NCBI GenBank assembly: GCA_964187785.1
Contig: OZ076409.1
Location: forward strand, 84,384,001-84,448,000
Direction of reading: 5' to 3'
Source of the DNA: Amphiscolops sp. MND2022
Taxonomy: Eukaryota
DNA: 64,000 bases
Positions 1-12,272 of the stretch are shown here, in pieces (the stretch's first letter is position 1; every line of letters starts with the position of its first letter). The notes below the pieces were generated by a model. That model was not told the origin of the DNA, did not search any database, and was given only the letters and a program-made list of their open reading frames with translations. Made by a program: the position numbers and the translations under genes.

Positions 1-855
1 AAACGATTTTCCTGACCAGAAAGTCTAAAAAACCAAAAAACATTCCAGTAGATTTTTCTGAGGAAAAATTTTTTCAAACAATCACGATTAAGTAAGTGAA
101 ACAAATCGAAAAATTACTTTGGTTAGTCGCAACCCGCGGTCGCCCTTTTGTTTCGGTTGTTTTGTTTCTGCCAGAAGTCAAAAGGGGGATTTCTGTTTTT
201 TGAAAAGTCAGACAAAATGTCGCATAGTGTCGAAAAAAGATTGGATCATTTGGTCTTTCGATCTTTTTTCGGTCTAGCGATGAACAAGAACCCGCGTACA
301 CGCAGAATACTCAGTTTTTACCCAGAGAAGGTCATGTTAACCTCCGAACAAAGGAGAATGCACTCCAGCACATGACAGACATCCTGGAAAAAAGTTTTGA
401 AAGTTACCCGGCTTAAACTAAGATTTTACTTTCCTAAGTCAACTCAAAATAACAAGTAGAAAGTTCAAAACGCCTTTCTAGAAAAAGCCTTCTGGTCAGA
501 GTTTTTCTCTGAGGAATCTTCGACCTTTAAGACAATTATTTGGAAAAACCTTCGCACACTTTCTTGGATGAAAAATGGTTATAAGACAAAAGCTTTTTTT
601 CTAGTTTTATGAAATAACCAGTTGCTCAATTTGGAAATACATCAAAAGTGCCAAAAATATTAGTTTAATTGGTTTTTACTAAATTTCGTTGGTAAGTCTT
701 TCCTAATTGGGTATTATCACCCAAGCATCATGTTCATTCAAGGCCTTCAACTGCGTTCAACTCCAACATTTGCGAGGTGCATTGCATTGAGGTGTTTTTG
801 ACAGGGGCGCCTATGACTGTCTGAAATGGAAACTTTTCACTGAGGTACTTTTGTA

Positions 856-1474
856 GGTGTGCGTTCATTTCACCCCAAAATCATTTCACCCCATATCACT
901 TCACCCCATATCATTTCACCCCACATTCATTTCACCCCACGTTCATTTCACCCCACATTCATTTCACCCCACAATCATTTCACCCCACGTTCATTTCACC
1001 CCATTTTCATTTCACACCATATTGTAATTATACAAAAGCGTCTCGCCTTAGTTAACCAATTAGCAATTAAACTTTGATGCCTACTGTCTTTGAGTCAGCT
1101 TTGATTTGGCAGATTTGGCAAATTTTGATTAACAGAAGAAAAATGATTTTTTTCAGCGCTTTGTTCAGAAGTATTACAGCTCCGATAAATAAAACTATTC
1201 GGTTCCGATTTTGTGGTTCACATAGCAAGCATCGTTTGCTTATCTAATTAGTAGTTAGATTCAAGACGCTTTTCTATTAGCGCTGAGATTGAAATTGGGT
1301 GGCTTTAGTAATTAATCTGAGACGCATTTGATAATTTAAATGTGAGGTGAAATGAACATGGGGTGAAATGAACGTGGGGTGAAATGAACCTGGGGTGAAA
1401 TGAATGTGGGGTGAAATGACATGGGGTGAAATGATATGGGATGAAATGAACATGGGGTGAAATGATACTAAACC
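856..1474. mobile_element. Foldback/MULE-type non-autonomous element (MITE), copy 1
   Basis: GG...CC ends; 9-bp TSD ACTTTTGTA at 847-855 and 1475-1483; arms are inverted arrays of a 15-bp unit (CATTTCACCCCACRT left, GGGGTGAAATG right). Confidence 0.88.
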
Positions 1475-3659
1475 ACTTTTGTATAGGGTGCTTTTGTCTA
1501 CACATGATTAAAAGGAAAATTTTCTAATTAAAAACATCAAAAAAACTGAGAACAAAAGTTTGGAAAAACTCAAAGCTTGGTCCCTTCTGTGTCAATGAAA
1601 ATTTGTCAAAAAGTGACAAAAATAAACCTACAAATTCCTTTTTACTTGAAATAAAAATCTCAAAGTATCAAAACGAGTACCCTTTGAATCATTTTGGCAT
1701 TTTTAAAAATGTTTGTAGAACTTTTTTGGTCATTTTGACCGGATTAAAATAACCGAAGCTAAGCCACTTTGATAGTCGCGCGCCTTTTTTTTCATTAAGC
1801 GCCGATTAAAAAATGAAATTAAAGTTGGACTGAGCCTCGATTCACAAAAAGTTCAAGAGTTTAAGTGTGCCAATATTGAGATCAAACACTTTGTGCTTGG
1901 CATTTTTCATCCGCTACACTATGCTCAGCATACGATTTTTTTCCGATCAAAAAGCCAGAAAATAAAATCGCATTCATAATTGACTCCTTGTGATGTATCC
2001 TCCTCCTCATCCATGTGATGTATTTTGAAAACTCCCTCCCTGGGAATTTCTTTTAAATAAAAAATTTTATGATGTGTTAATGACTGCAACAACGACTGCA
2101 TGAAAACGTGAATTCACACGCGGATCCTTCCACTTTATATTCAATTTTCAGTTCCGAGACTTTGAGAGCACAACTTGTCTTCTGAAGTATCACGAAGTTC
2201 TAGATTAACAAGAGAGAAAAAGCGAGAAAAAACAATTTTGTTTTCCCCTTTATCTAGTTTCTTTTGCTTTTTCTTTTCATTTATTCATTCGAAACTGCTC
2301 CGGTGGCGCCTTAGTGCAGTCTTTGTAAGAAGAACCTTTGTTGGATTCTTGGTCTCCATTGAGCAAGTTGAAATTGAGGATCAAAAGTGGAACACAGTTT
2401 GTCTGTTCCGTCTAACCAGACGCCGACCATTGCTCCCTGATAGTCTACATGGTGTCAAAATTATTCATAAATCTTCTTTGATCTCCTGAAATTTCATCAT
2501 CCACAGCCGCTTCCCAACCTAACACCGAAACCGACTCGCTCTCTCAGAAATTCGAGAATGGCGCGGAGATAATGCAGTTGCGTTTGTTCAATCCTAACAC
2601 AAAAGAGCAGCGTCGCAAAATGAGACGCAAAAGTGCGAAAAAGAAGCTCTCTATAATTTAAAAAGTAGTCCAGATAGGACCATTCATAGCCGATTTTAAG
2701 TGTGTTCATTGAACAAATGAATTTTTATTGGTTCTTTTTAAAACCATAGTTTAAGATCAAATGCTCCAATTAGTTATTAATGGTATTTCAATAACCAAAA
2801 AGTTGAAAAACATGATCCTCAATAAAACCGTTAAAATTTATTTTTGTCTAAAAGTGCCTGAAAACGTAAAAGCAAAATTTACGAAGTTTGCTGTTCTCAA
2901 ATGGAGTTTAATTCGAAATTTGTGCTCAACTAGAAATCAGCGCACGTCTAGGAATGCATGTTATTCTCAGCTCTATTCAGTATTGGTTTGATAATTTTAA
3001 ATAATAAAATAAAATTTTGAATTTTGGAATTTAATTTTGAATTTTTCTTGAGAAAACATGACAACGCATGAAGATATGCATTGGAATATGCATAACATCA
3101 GGTAAAACCAATGGCTTCCATTCTTGCTTGATCAGCTGGATCCAATTATACTTTCAAGTAAACCTTTCGTTTAACAGACAACACTTTGGCATGAACTGTC
3201 AATTTTTCCCGCTCAAATAATACAGCTGAACAAATTATATTAGTTACTTTGAGAAAAAATGAATATAAGAAAGGAATTTGATTTTTTTTACAAAAACACG
3301 ATTTTTCCAGTATAAAAGGAAGAAAGCTAAGAGTGCATTGATCATTTAGAGAAGAGTATAAATGAAGGGCGGGACCGTCCGATGTTTGATTGACAGGCTC
3401 AAGAGGACAATCCGGAGGCTTTGCGTGAGAACGCCGAAGCACTGAATGTACAAATGTCTGATGGAGAAACTTTTAATGAATTAAATATCATTTTTGTTTC
3501 AATCAAATGTACTTGTTTACACTCAGAAACAACCACCCCCCCAAAAAAAGAAACGTTTCATATATGAATGTATGGTTTAAGGTCAAATATGTGGGGGAGA
3601 AAATTTCAGACCTAATGAGGAACTAACTTATCAGCGTGACCGAAAAAGGCAAAGTAAAG

Positions 3660-3723
3660 CCACTGCTTCTTTCGTTTTTTTTTAAAAGATATATCTTTTA
3701 AAAAAAACGAAAAGAAGCAGTGG
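3660..3723. repeat. Near-perfect 64-bp spacerless palindrome (also at 10157-10220, 16674-16735, 23163-23227, 29688-29750)
   Basis: CCACTGCTTCTTTCG(T)nAAAAGATA|TATCTTTT(A)nCGAAAAGAAGCAGTGG, read directly. Confidence 0.95.
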
Positions 3724-4135
3724 TCCTTGTTATGCTGTGCAGTGTCAAATGTATGGTTTTTTAACGTTGATTTCGAAAACTTTGTTCCTTTGAAGTTTTG
3801 GTGTTGTTTTTGATTGGAGCCCAACTAACTTCCAATGTCGATTCTTTTGATTTTTTTATCGATTGTATTTATGTGGATGGGGCTTTTTAATGCACCTGCC
3901 CGTTGGTAGCCCTGCTAGTGTCGACTGTTTTTCAGTTGGCCCGCTGAGACTATAAAAACGGGTTTTTCTTTGGTCCTGATTGGTTTTTCTGAAGGACCTA
4001 GGCAGTTATCGAATTTATCGTATTGTATTGCATTGTAATTTTGCAATGAAATTTTGTTATGAAAAAACATTTCCTCTTTCGACGGGAAACGATGGAGTGA
4101 GAAAAGCCAGGAAAAAGATCGGCACAGCAAGGACT

Positions 4136-4246
4136 AACAAGACGGGAACGTATAAAGTTGGCGCCAATCTAAGGCTCAAAAAGCTCAAACTTTTTCAAAT
4201 TGTAAAAAAGGGACCCTTTGGGTTTTTTCAAAATCCAATTTGTTGC
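4136..4246 (-). mobile_element. Possible Helentron/HINE (DINE-1-like) terminal fragment at the array-unit junction (also 10633, 17148, 23640)
   Basis: Minus strand ends ...CTTGTT with the palindrome TTGGCGCCAA about 20 nt upstream, as in DINE-1-type 3' ends. It is absent where the array ends (~30164). Confidence 0.4.
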
Positions 4247-5229
4247 GGGGTGTAACGTCTCAAAACAGCTGTATACTGGTGTGGAGATCCACAGAACAGA
4301 GTAAATGCATAGCTCAGCAGAGTGGCCGAGAAAGTGGTTTTTACTAGCACTTTCTTTCAGTACCATCAGATGAATTTGGTGATTCCTAACGCAAAATTAG
4401 CTTTCCTCAACCTTTGCAAACAACTAATATATAGTTATGATCGACAGTGTTGAAACATGATTTTATAAGAGTGTTTAGAAAACTTTTTCGCAACGTGTAC
4501 ACCAAAACCTTACATCACAAACAACCTTTAAAACCACTTTTTCCACACCCTGGAGCGGTTTCTAATCATATTGAAATTCTACCTCACAAAAAATCAGACT
4601 TTCCCGTTTACCCATTGTGAAAAATTGTGTGCGGTAACGTTATGACTTCGAAGCAAGCAGGCAGTTTGGCCTGAGTGACTAGTCCTGTAGCTAGATACCA
4701 CACCCATCAGGGTTATATCGAGAGATCAAACCACAGGGATCTCGCTACTTTTTTCGATGGAACTGACAACCGATTCCATATTCGTTATCTTATGTACTCT
4801 TCCAGTGATTGCCTGGGGCATGATTCAAATCTTCACCGACTACGTGCTTTCTCACCCATTGATCTCGAAGCAGCTACTTTACTGAAGCATAGCTCCCGAG
4901 ACAACTGATCAGAAGTCGAATGACGTCGAAAAGTTTGACATTCAGGACTGCTTCTGGGTGGAGTTGAAGTTTTCCCGATGCATGACTGTACCTTCATTTG
5001 ATAAAATCAGATTTCGTCTACTACTGACTCGTATGTTCATCATCATCAATCTGAGTTGCCAAAACATCAAACAATTACACGTTTCAAAACTCAATTAGTC
5101 ACTGTGAACTTTGAAATTTAAGACAAGTGTCTTCAATTTGAAATTCAGCTGAAAAGTAAAATCATTTTGAATTTCGAAAATTCGTTTTGAACAGAGTGAA
5201 TAAAATCCAAAAGAAATGAGTTTGATTTG

Positions 5230-5775
5230 AAACGTTTCTGAAGGCTCTCTTTCCTACATTTGCGCGCTCTTGAGTTCTTCGGGTGTGTATATTGCATCCA
5301 TACTCATCGATGTAACTTTATCTGGCATTCACAATGTCTTCACGCATGAGCCACTAAGCAAATTCGTACCTTGCTTAACTAGTCGACGATGAATTTCGCT
5401 CTGCAGGACAGTCCGTTGCATTTTTTACGGTAATCAATTGCCCTCACAAAGCTCTGGACAAAGCTTGCTGAGGGAAAACAGGTTTTTCCGGTAGACGTGC
5501 TTGAAGTAGTGAATTCAATTGTTTCAGAGTAGATGTGGATTGTCCTTTAAGAACTCAACAGCTTCGCTAACCATTTCATTGTCAATTTGTGTTGCAATTG
5601 CCCCTTTTTGGTCTGTTTGAACTCACCTCCTGTTTTTACAGTGTTGTACGCGGTTCCTGCATTGATTCCCAAAATTTTTGCCACAGCCAAAATGTCATTT
5701 CCAGTTTTATGGGCGTCTAAGATTCACTTCCGGTCTGTTTCCGAAACTGATTTGTTACGGTCCGCGAAAAGACAT
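5230..5775 (-). pseudogene. IS630/Tc1/mariner-like transposase, N-terminal fragment, disrupted (copy 1)
   Basis: Manual minus-strand translation across stops and frameshifts gives an HTH-like ILAVAKILGINAGTAYNTV, then TLKQLNSLLQARLPEKP and the first catalytic motif YIDEYGCNIHTRRTQERANVGKRA. The rest of the DDE domain is missing. Confidence 0.75.
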
Positions 5776-6039
5776 TCCAATCAAAACTTGCAAAAATTCT
5801 TCTCTGTTCAAAATGATTTCACTTTCGACATGAATTATACTTCCGTTTCGAGATCGTTCAAATTGAAAGTTTGGAATTCAAAATGTTCTTATGAAAAAGG
5901 CAGTTTCAAAATGATTTAACTTTTGCTGAATTTGTGTTTTCAGAACCCGAAATTGAACTTTGAAGGGTGTAAATGCATCATGTTTTGAAGTTTATGTTTC
6001 ACAATTGTATATGAAGTTCACCGATACGAAATGCATGAG

Positions 6040-6215
6040 GGAGTATGAAGGATTCATAATTGGCTCTAGATTATCCAGGATTCAAAATTGGCTCTAGGAT
6101 ACCGAGGATTAATGATTCGCTCAACTGAACAAAGTTTCATAACTGGCTCCCAATATTAAAGATTAATGATTGGCTCCAAGCGTGTCTCAAGGATTCACGA
6201 TTAGCTTTATACTCC
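6040..6215. repeat. Six copies of a 16-bp motif at 27-31-bp spacing, bounded by an 11-bp inverted repeat (also in array copies 2-4)
   Basis: GATTCATAATTGGCTC-like motif at ~6051, 6079, 6107, 6134, 6161 and 6192; flanked by GGAGTATGAAG and CTTTATACTCC. Confidence 0.8.
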
Positions 6216-7375
6216 GTTACTTACTACTAGGTAAGGAAGTCCTACTATTGTTCTTTTAGGTTCAAAAAAATGATTTTTCTTAACTCAAATGATCTAAAAA
6301 ACTAGAAATGGTGGTTTTTCTTAAGCTTCGTAAATTCAAAAAAGATTGAACAATGCCGAAATTACCTAAATTTGATCTTTTAGGCTCAAGAAGTGCGGTT
6401 TTTTGAAAAAAAATTACTGAAAACAAATCTACCTAACCTCTATTGGAAAGAAAACAATCACAACTTTTGAAAAGTTTCCGATCAATCCAAAACAACCAGA
6501 GAGGTGATCTTCAGTTCTCGAAAACGATTTTCCTGACCAGAAAGTCTAAAAAACCAAAAAACATTCTAATAGATTTTTCTGAGGAAAAATTTTCTCAAAC
6601 AATCACGATTAAGTAAGTGAAACAAATCGAAAAATTACTTTGGTTAGTCGCAACCCGCGGTCGCCCTTTTGTTTCGGTTGTTTTGTTTCTGCCAGAAGTC
6701 AAAAGGGGGATTTCTGTTTTTTGAAAAGTCAGACAAAATGTCGCATAGTGTCGAAAAAAGATTGGATCAATTGGTCTTTCGATCTTTTTTCGGTCTAGCG
6801 TTGAACAAGAACCCGCGTACACGCAGAATACTCAGTTTTTACCCAGAGAAGGTCATGTTAACCTCCGAACAAAGGAGAATGCACTCCAGCACATGACAGA
6901 CATCCTGGAAAAAAGTTTTGAAAGTTACCCGGCTTAAACTAAGATTTTACTTTCCTAAGTCAACTCAAAATAACAAGTAGAAAGTTCAAAACGCCTTTCT
7001 AGAAAAAGCCTTCTGGTCAGAGTTTTTCTCTGAGGAATCTTCGACCTTTAAGACAATTATTTGGAAAAACCTTCGCACACTTTCTTGGATGAAAAATGGT
7101 TATAAGACAAAAGCTTTTTTCTAGTTTTATGAATTAACCAGTTGCTCAATTTGGAAATACATCAAAAGTGCCAAAAATATCAGTTTAATTAGTTTTTACT
7201 AAATTTCGTTGGTAAGTCTTTCCTAATTGGGTATTATCACCCAAGCATCATGTTCATTCAAGGCCTTCAACTGCGTTCAACTCCAACATTTGCGAGGTGC
7301 ATTGCATTGAGGTGTTTTTGACAGGGGCGCCTATGACTGTCTGAAATGGAAACTTTTCACTGAGGTACTTTTGTA

Positions 7376-7993
7376 GGTGTGCGTTCATTTCACCCCAAAA
7401 TCATTTCACCCCATATCACTTCACCCCATATCATTTCACCCCACATTCATTTCATCCCACGTTCATTTCACCCCACATTCATTTCACCCCACAATCATTT
7501 CACCCACGTTCATTTCACCCCATTTTCATTTCACACCATATTGTAATTATACAAAAGCGTCTCGCCTTAGTTAACCAATTAGCAATTAAACTTTGATGCC
7601 TACTGTCTTTGAGTCAGCTTTGATTTGGCCGATTTGGCAAATTTTGATTAACAGAAGAAAAATGATTTTTTTCAGCGCTTTGTTCAGAAGTATTACAGCT
7701 CCGATAAATAAAACTATTCGGTTCCGATTTTGTGGTTCACATAGCAAGCATCGTTTGCTTATCTAATTAGTAGTTAGATTCAAGACGCTTTTCTATTAGC
7801 GCTGAGATTGAAATTGGGTGGCTTTAGTAATTAATCTGAGACGCATTTGATAATTTAAATGTGAGGTGAAATGAACATGGGGTGAAATGAACGTGGGGTG
7901 AAATGAACCTGGGGTGAAATGAATGTGGGGTGAAATGACATGGGGTGAAATGATATGGGATGAAATGAACGTGGGGTGAAATGATACTAAACC
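7376..7993. mobile_element. Foldback/MULE-type MITE, copy 2
   Basis: Same ends, ACTTTTGTA TSD and inverted 15-bp arrays as 856-1474. Confidence 0.88.
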
Positions 7994-10900
7994 ACTTTTG
8001 TATAGGGTGCTTTTGTCTACACATGATTAAAAGGAAAATTTTCTAATTAAAAACATCAAAAAAACTGAGAACAAAAGTTTGGAAAAACTCAAAGCTTGGT
8101 CCCTTCTGTGTCAATGAAAATTTGTCAAAAAGTGACAAAAATAAACCTACAAATTCCTTTTTACTTGAAATAAAAATCTCAAAGTATCAAAACGAGTACC
8201 CTTTGAATCATTTTGGCATTTTAAAAAAATGTTTGTAGAACTTTTTTGGTCATTTTGACCGGATTAAAATAACCGAAGCTAAGCCACTTTGATAGTCGCG
8301 CGCCTTTTTTTCATTAAGCGCCGATTAAAAAATGAAATAAAAGTTGGAGTGAGCCTCGATTCACAAAAAGTTCGAGTTTAAGTGTGCCAATTTTGAGATC
8401 AAACACTTTGTGCTTGGCATTTTTCATTCGCTACACTATGCTCAGCATACGATTTTTTTCCGATCAAAAAGCCAGAAAATAAAATCGCATTCATGATTGA
8501 CTCCCCTCATCCATGTGATGTATTTTGAAAACTCCGTCCCTGGGAATTCCCTTTAAATAAAAATTTTTATGATGTGTTAATAATACCAACAACGACTGCA
8601 TGAAAACGTGAATTCACACGCGGATCCTTCCACTTTATATTCAATTTTCAGTTCCGAGACTTTGAGAGCACAACTTGTCTTCTGAAGTATCACGAAGTTC
8701 TAGATTAACAAGAGAGAAAAAGCGAGAAAAAACAATTTTGTTTTTCCCCTTTATCTAGTTTCTTTTGCTTTTTCTTTTCATTTATTCATTCGAAACTGCT
8801 CCGGTGGCGCCTTAGTGCAGTCTTTGTAAGAAGAACCTTTGTTGGATTCTTGGTCTCCATTGAGCAAGTTGAAATTGAGGATCAAAAGTGGAACACAGTT
8901 TGTCTGTTCCGTCTAACCAGACGCCGACCATTGCTCCCTGATAGTCTACATGGTGTCAAAATTATTCATTAATCTTCTTTGATCTCCTGAAATTTCATTA
9001 TCCACAGCCGCTTCCCAACCTAACACCGAAATCGACTCGCTCGCTCAGAAATTCGAGAATGGCGCGGAGATAATGCAGTTGCGTTTGTTCAATCCTAATA
9101 CAAAAGAGCGTAGCAAAACGAGACGCAAAAGTGCGAAAAAGAAGCTCTCTATAATTTAAAAAGTAGTCCAGATAGGACCATTCATAGCCGAGTTTAAGTG
9201 TGTTCATTGAACAAATGAATTTTTATTGGTTCTTTTTAAAACCATAGTTTAAGATCAATTGCTCCAATTAGTTATTAATGGTATTTCAATAACCAAAAAG
9301 TTGAAAAACATGATCCTCAATAAAACCGTTAATATTTATTTTTGTCTAAAAGTGCCTGAAAACGTAAAAGCAAAATTTACGAAGTTTGCTGTTCCCAAAT
9401 GGAGTTTAATTCGAAATTTGTGCTCAACTAGAAATCAGCGCACGTCTAGGAATGCACGCTATTGTCAGCTCTATTCAGTATTGGTTTGCTAATTTTAAAT
9501 ATTAAAATAAAAATTTTAAATTTTGGAATTTATATTTGAATTTTCCTGAGAAAACATGACAACGCATGAAGATATGCATGGAGATATGCATAACATCAGG
9601 TAAAACCAATGGCTTCCATTCTTGCTTGATCAGCTGGATCCAATTATACTTTCAAGTAAACCTTTCGTTTAACAGACAACACTTTGGCATGAACTGTCAA
9701 TTTTTCCCGCTCAAATAATACAGCTGAACAAATTATATTAGTTACTTTGAGAAAAAATGAATACAAGAGGAATTTCATTATTTGTTTTTACAAAAACACG
9801 ATTTTTCCAGTATAAAAGGAAGAAAGCTAAGAGTGCATTGATCATTTAGAGAAGAGTATAAATGAAGGGCGGGACCGTCCGATGTTTGATTGACAGGCTC
9901 AAGAGGACAATCCGGAGACTTTGCGTGAGAACGCCGAAGCACTGAATGTACAAATGTCTAATGGAGAAACTTTTAATGAATTAACTATCATTTTTGTTTC
10001 AATCAAATGTAATTGTTTACACTCAAGAACAACCCCCCCCAAAAAAGAAAAGTTTCATATATGAATGTATGGTTTAAGGTCAAATATGTGGGGGAGAAAA
10101 TTTCAGACCTAATGAGGAACTAACTTATCAGCGTGACCGAAAAAGGCAAAGTAAAGCCACTGCTTCTTTCGTTTTTTTTTAAAAGATATATCTTTTAAAA
10201 AAAACGAAAAGCAGCAGTGGTCCTTGTTATGCTGTGCAATGTCAAATGTATGGTTTTTTAACGTTGATTTCGAAAACTTTGTTCCTTTGAAGTTTTGGTG
10301 TTGTTTTTGATTGGAGCCCAACTAACTTCCAATGTCGATTCTTTTGATTTTTTTATCGATTATATTTATGTGGATGGGGCTTTTTAATGCACCTGCCCGT
10401 TGGTAGCCCTGCTAGTGTCGACTGTTTTTCAGTTGGCCCGCTGAGACTATAGAAACGGGTTTTTCTTTGGTCCTGATTGGTTTTTCTGAAGGACCTAGGC
10501 AGTTATCGAATTTATCGTATTGTATTGCATTGTAATTTTGCAATGAAATTTTGTTATGAAAAAACATTTTCTCTTTCGACGGGAAACGATGGAGTGAGAA
10601 AGGCCAGGAAAAAGATCGGCACAGCAAGGACTAACAAGACGGGAACGTATAAAGTTGGCGCCAATCTAAGGCTCAAAAAGCTCAAACTTTTTCAAATTGT
10701 AAAAAAGGGACCCTTTGGGTTTTTTCAAAATCCAATTTGTTGCGGGGTGTAACGTCTCAAAACAGCTGTATACTGGTGTGGAGATCCACAGAACAGAGTA
10801 AATGCATAGCTCAGCAAAGTGGCCGAGAAAGTGGTTTTTACTAGCACTTTCTTTCAGTACCATCAGATGAATTTGGTGATTCCTAACGCAAAATTAGCTT

Positions 10901-11726
10901 TCCTCAACCTTTGCAAACAACTAATATATAGTTATGATCGACAGTGTTGAAACATGATTTTATAAGAGTGTTTAGAAAACTTTTTCGCAACGTGTACACC
11001 AAAACCTTACATCACAAACAACCTTTAAAACCACTTTTTCCACACCCTGGAGCGGTTTCTAATCATATTGAAATTCTACCTCACAAAAAATCAGACTTTC
11101 CCGTTTACCCATTGTGAAAAATTGTGGGCGGTAACGTTATGACTTCGAAGCAAGCAGGCAGTTTGGCCTGAGTGACTAGTCCTGTAGCTAGATACCACAC
11201 CCATCAGGGTTATTTCGAGAGATCAAACCACAGGGATCTCGCTACTTTTTTCGATGGAACTGACAACCGATGCCATATTCGTTATCTTATGTACTCTTCC
11301 AGTGATTGCCTGGGGCATGATTCAAATCTTCACCGACTACGTGCTTTCTCACCCATTGATCTCGAAGCAGCTACTTTACTGAAGCATAGCTCCCGAGACA
11401 ACTGATCAGAAGTCGAATGACGTCGAAAAGTTTGACATTCAGGACTGCTTCTGGGTGGAGTTGAAGTTTTCCCGATGCATGACTGTACCTTCATTTGATA
11501 AAATCAGATTCCGTCTACTACTGACTCGTATGTTCATCATCATCAATCTGAGTTGCCAAAACATCAAACAATTACACGTTTCAAAACTCAATTAGTCACT
11601 GTGAACTTTGAAATTTAAGAAAAGTGTCTTCAATTTGAAATTCAGCTGAAAAGTAAAATCATTTTGAATTTCGAAAATTCGTTTTGAACAGAGTGAATAA
11701 AATCCAAAAGAAATGAGTTTGATTTG

Positions 11727-12272
11727 AAACGTTTCTGAAGGCTCTCTTTCCTACATTTGCGCGCTCTTGAGTTCTTCGGGTGTGTATATTGCATCCATAC
11801 TCATCGATGTAACTTTATCTGGCATTCACAATGTCTTCACGCATGAGCCACTAAGCAAATTCGTACCTTGCTTAACTAGTCGACGATGAATTTCGCTCTG
11901 CAGGACAGTCCGTTGCAATTTTTACGGTAATCAATTGCCCTCACAAAGCTCTGGACAAAGCTTGCTGAGGGAAAATAGGTTTTTCCGGTAGACGTGCTTG
12001 AAGTAGTGAATTCAATTGTTTCAGAGTAGATGTGGATTGTCCTTCAAGAACTCAACAGCTTCGCTAACCATTTCATTGTCAATTTGTGTTGCAATTGCCC
12101 CTTTTTGGTCTGTTTGAACTCACCTCCTGTTTTTACAGTGTTGTACGCGGTTCCTGCATTGATTCCCAAAATTTTTGCCACAGCCAAAATGTCATTTCCA
12201 GTTTTATGGGCGTCTAAGATTCACTTCCGGTCTGTTTCCGAAACTGATTTGTTACGGTCCGCGAAAAGACAT
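11727..12272 (-). pseudogene. IS630/Tc1-like transposase fragment (copy 2)
   Basis: Near-identical copy of 5230-5775. Confidence 0.75.

Noticed and set aside
859..1505. His/Pro/Phe-repeat ORFs (ISPH/HFTP) on both strands in each unit
   Set aside because: They are translations of the 15-bp MITE arm repeats, and the frame is broken in copy 2.
5587..5919. 110-128 aa plus-strand ORF conserved in four units
   Set aside because: It is the antisense shadow of the Tc1-like pseudogene; conservation only reflects recent amplification.
6040..6215. CRISPR-like repeat/spacer appearance
   Set aside because: Repeats are 16 bp and degenerate, spacers are only 11-15 bp, there are no cas genes and the context is eukaryotic.
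1..6521. Unit as rDNA, 5S, snRNA, spliced-leader or histone repeat
   Set aside because: No diagnostic conserved sequence found by eye on either strand; a covariance-model scan is still needed for divergent RNAs.
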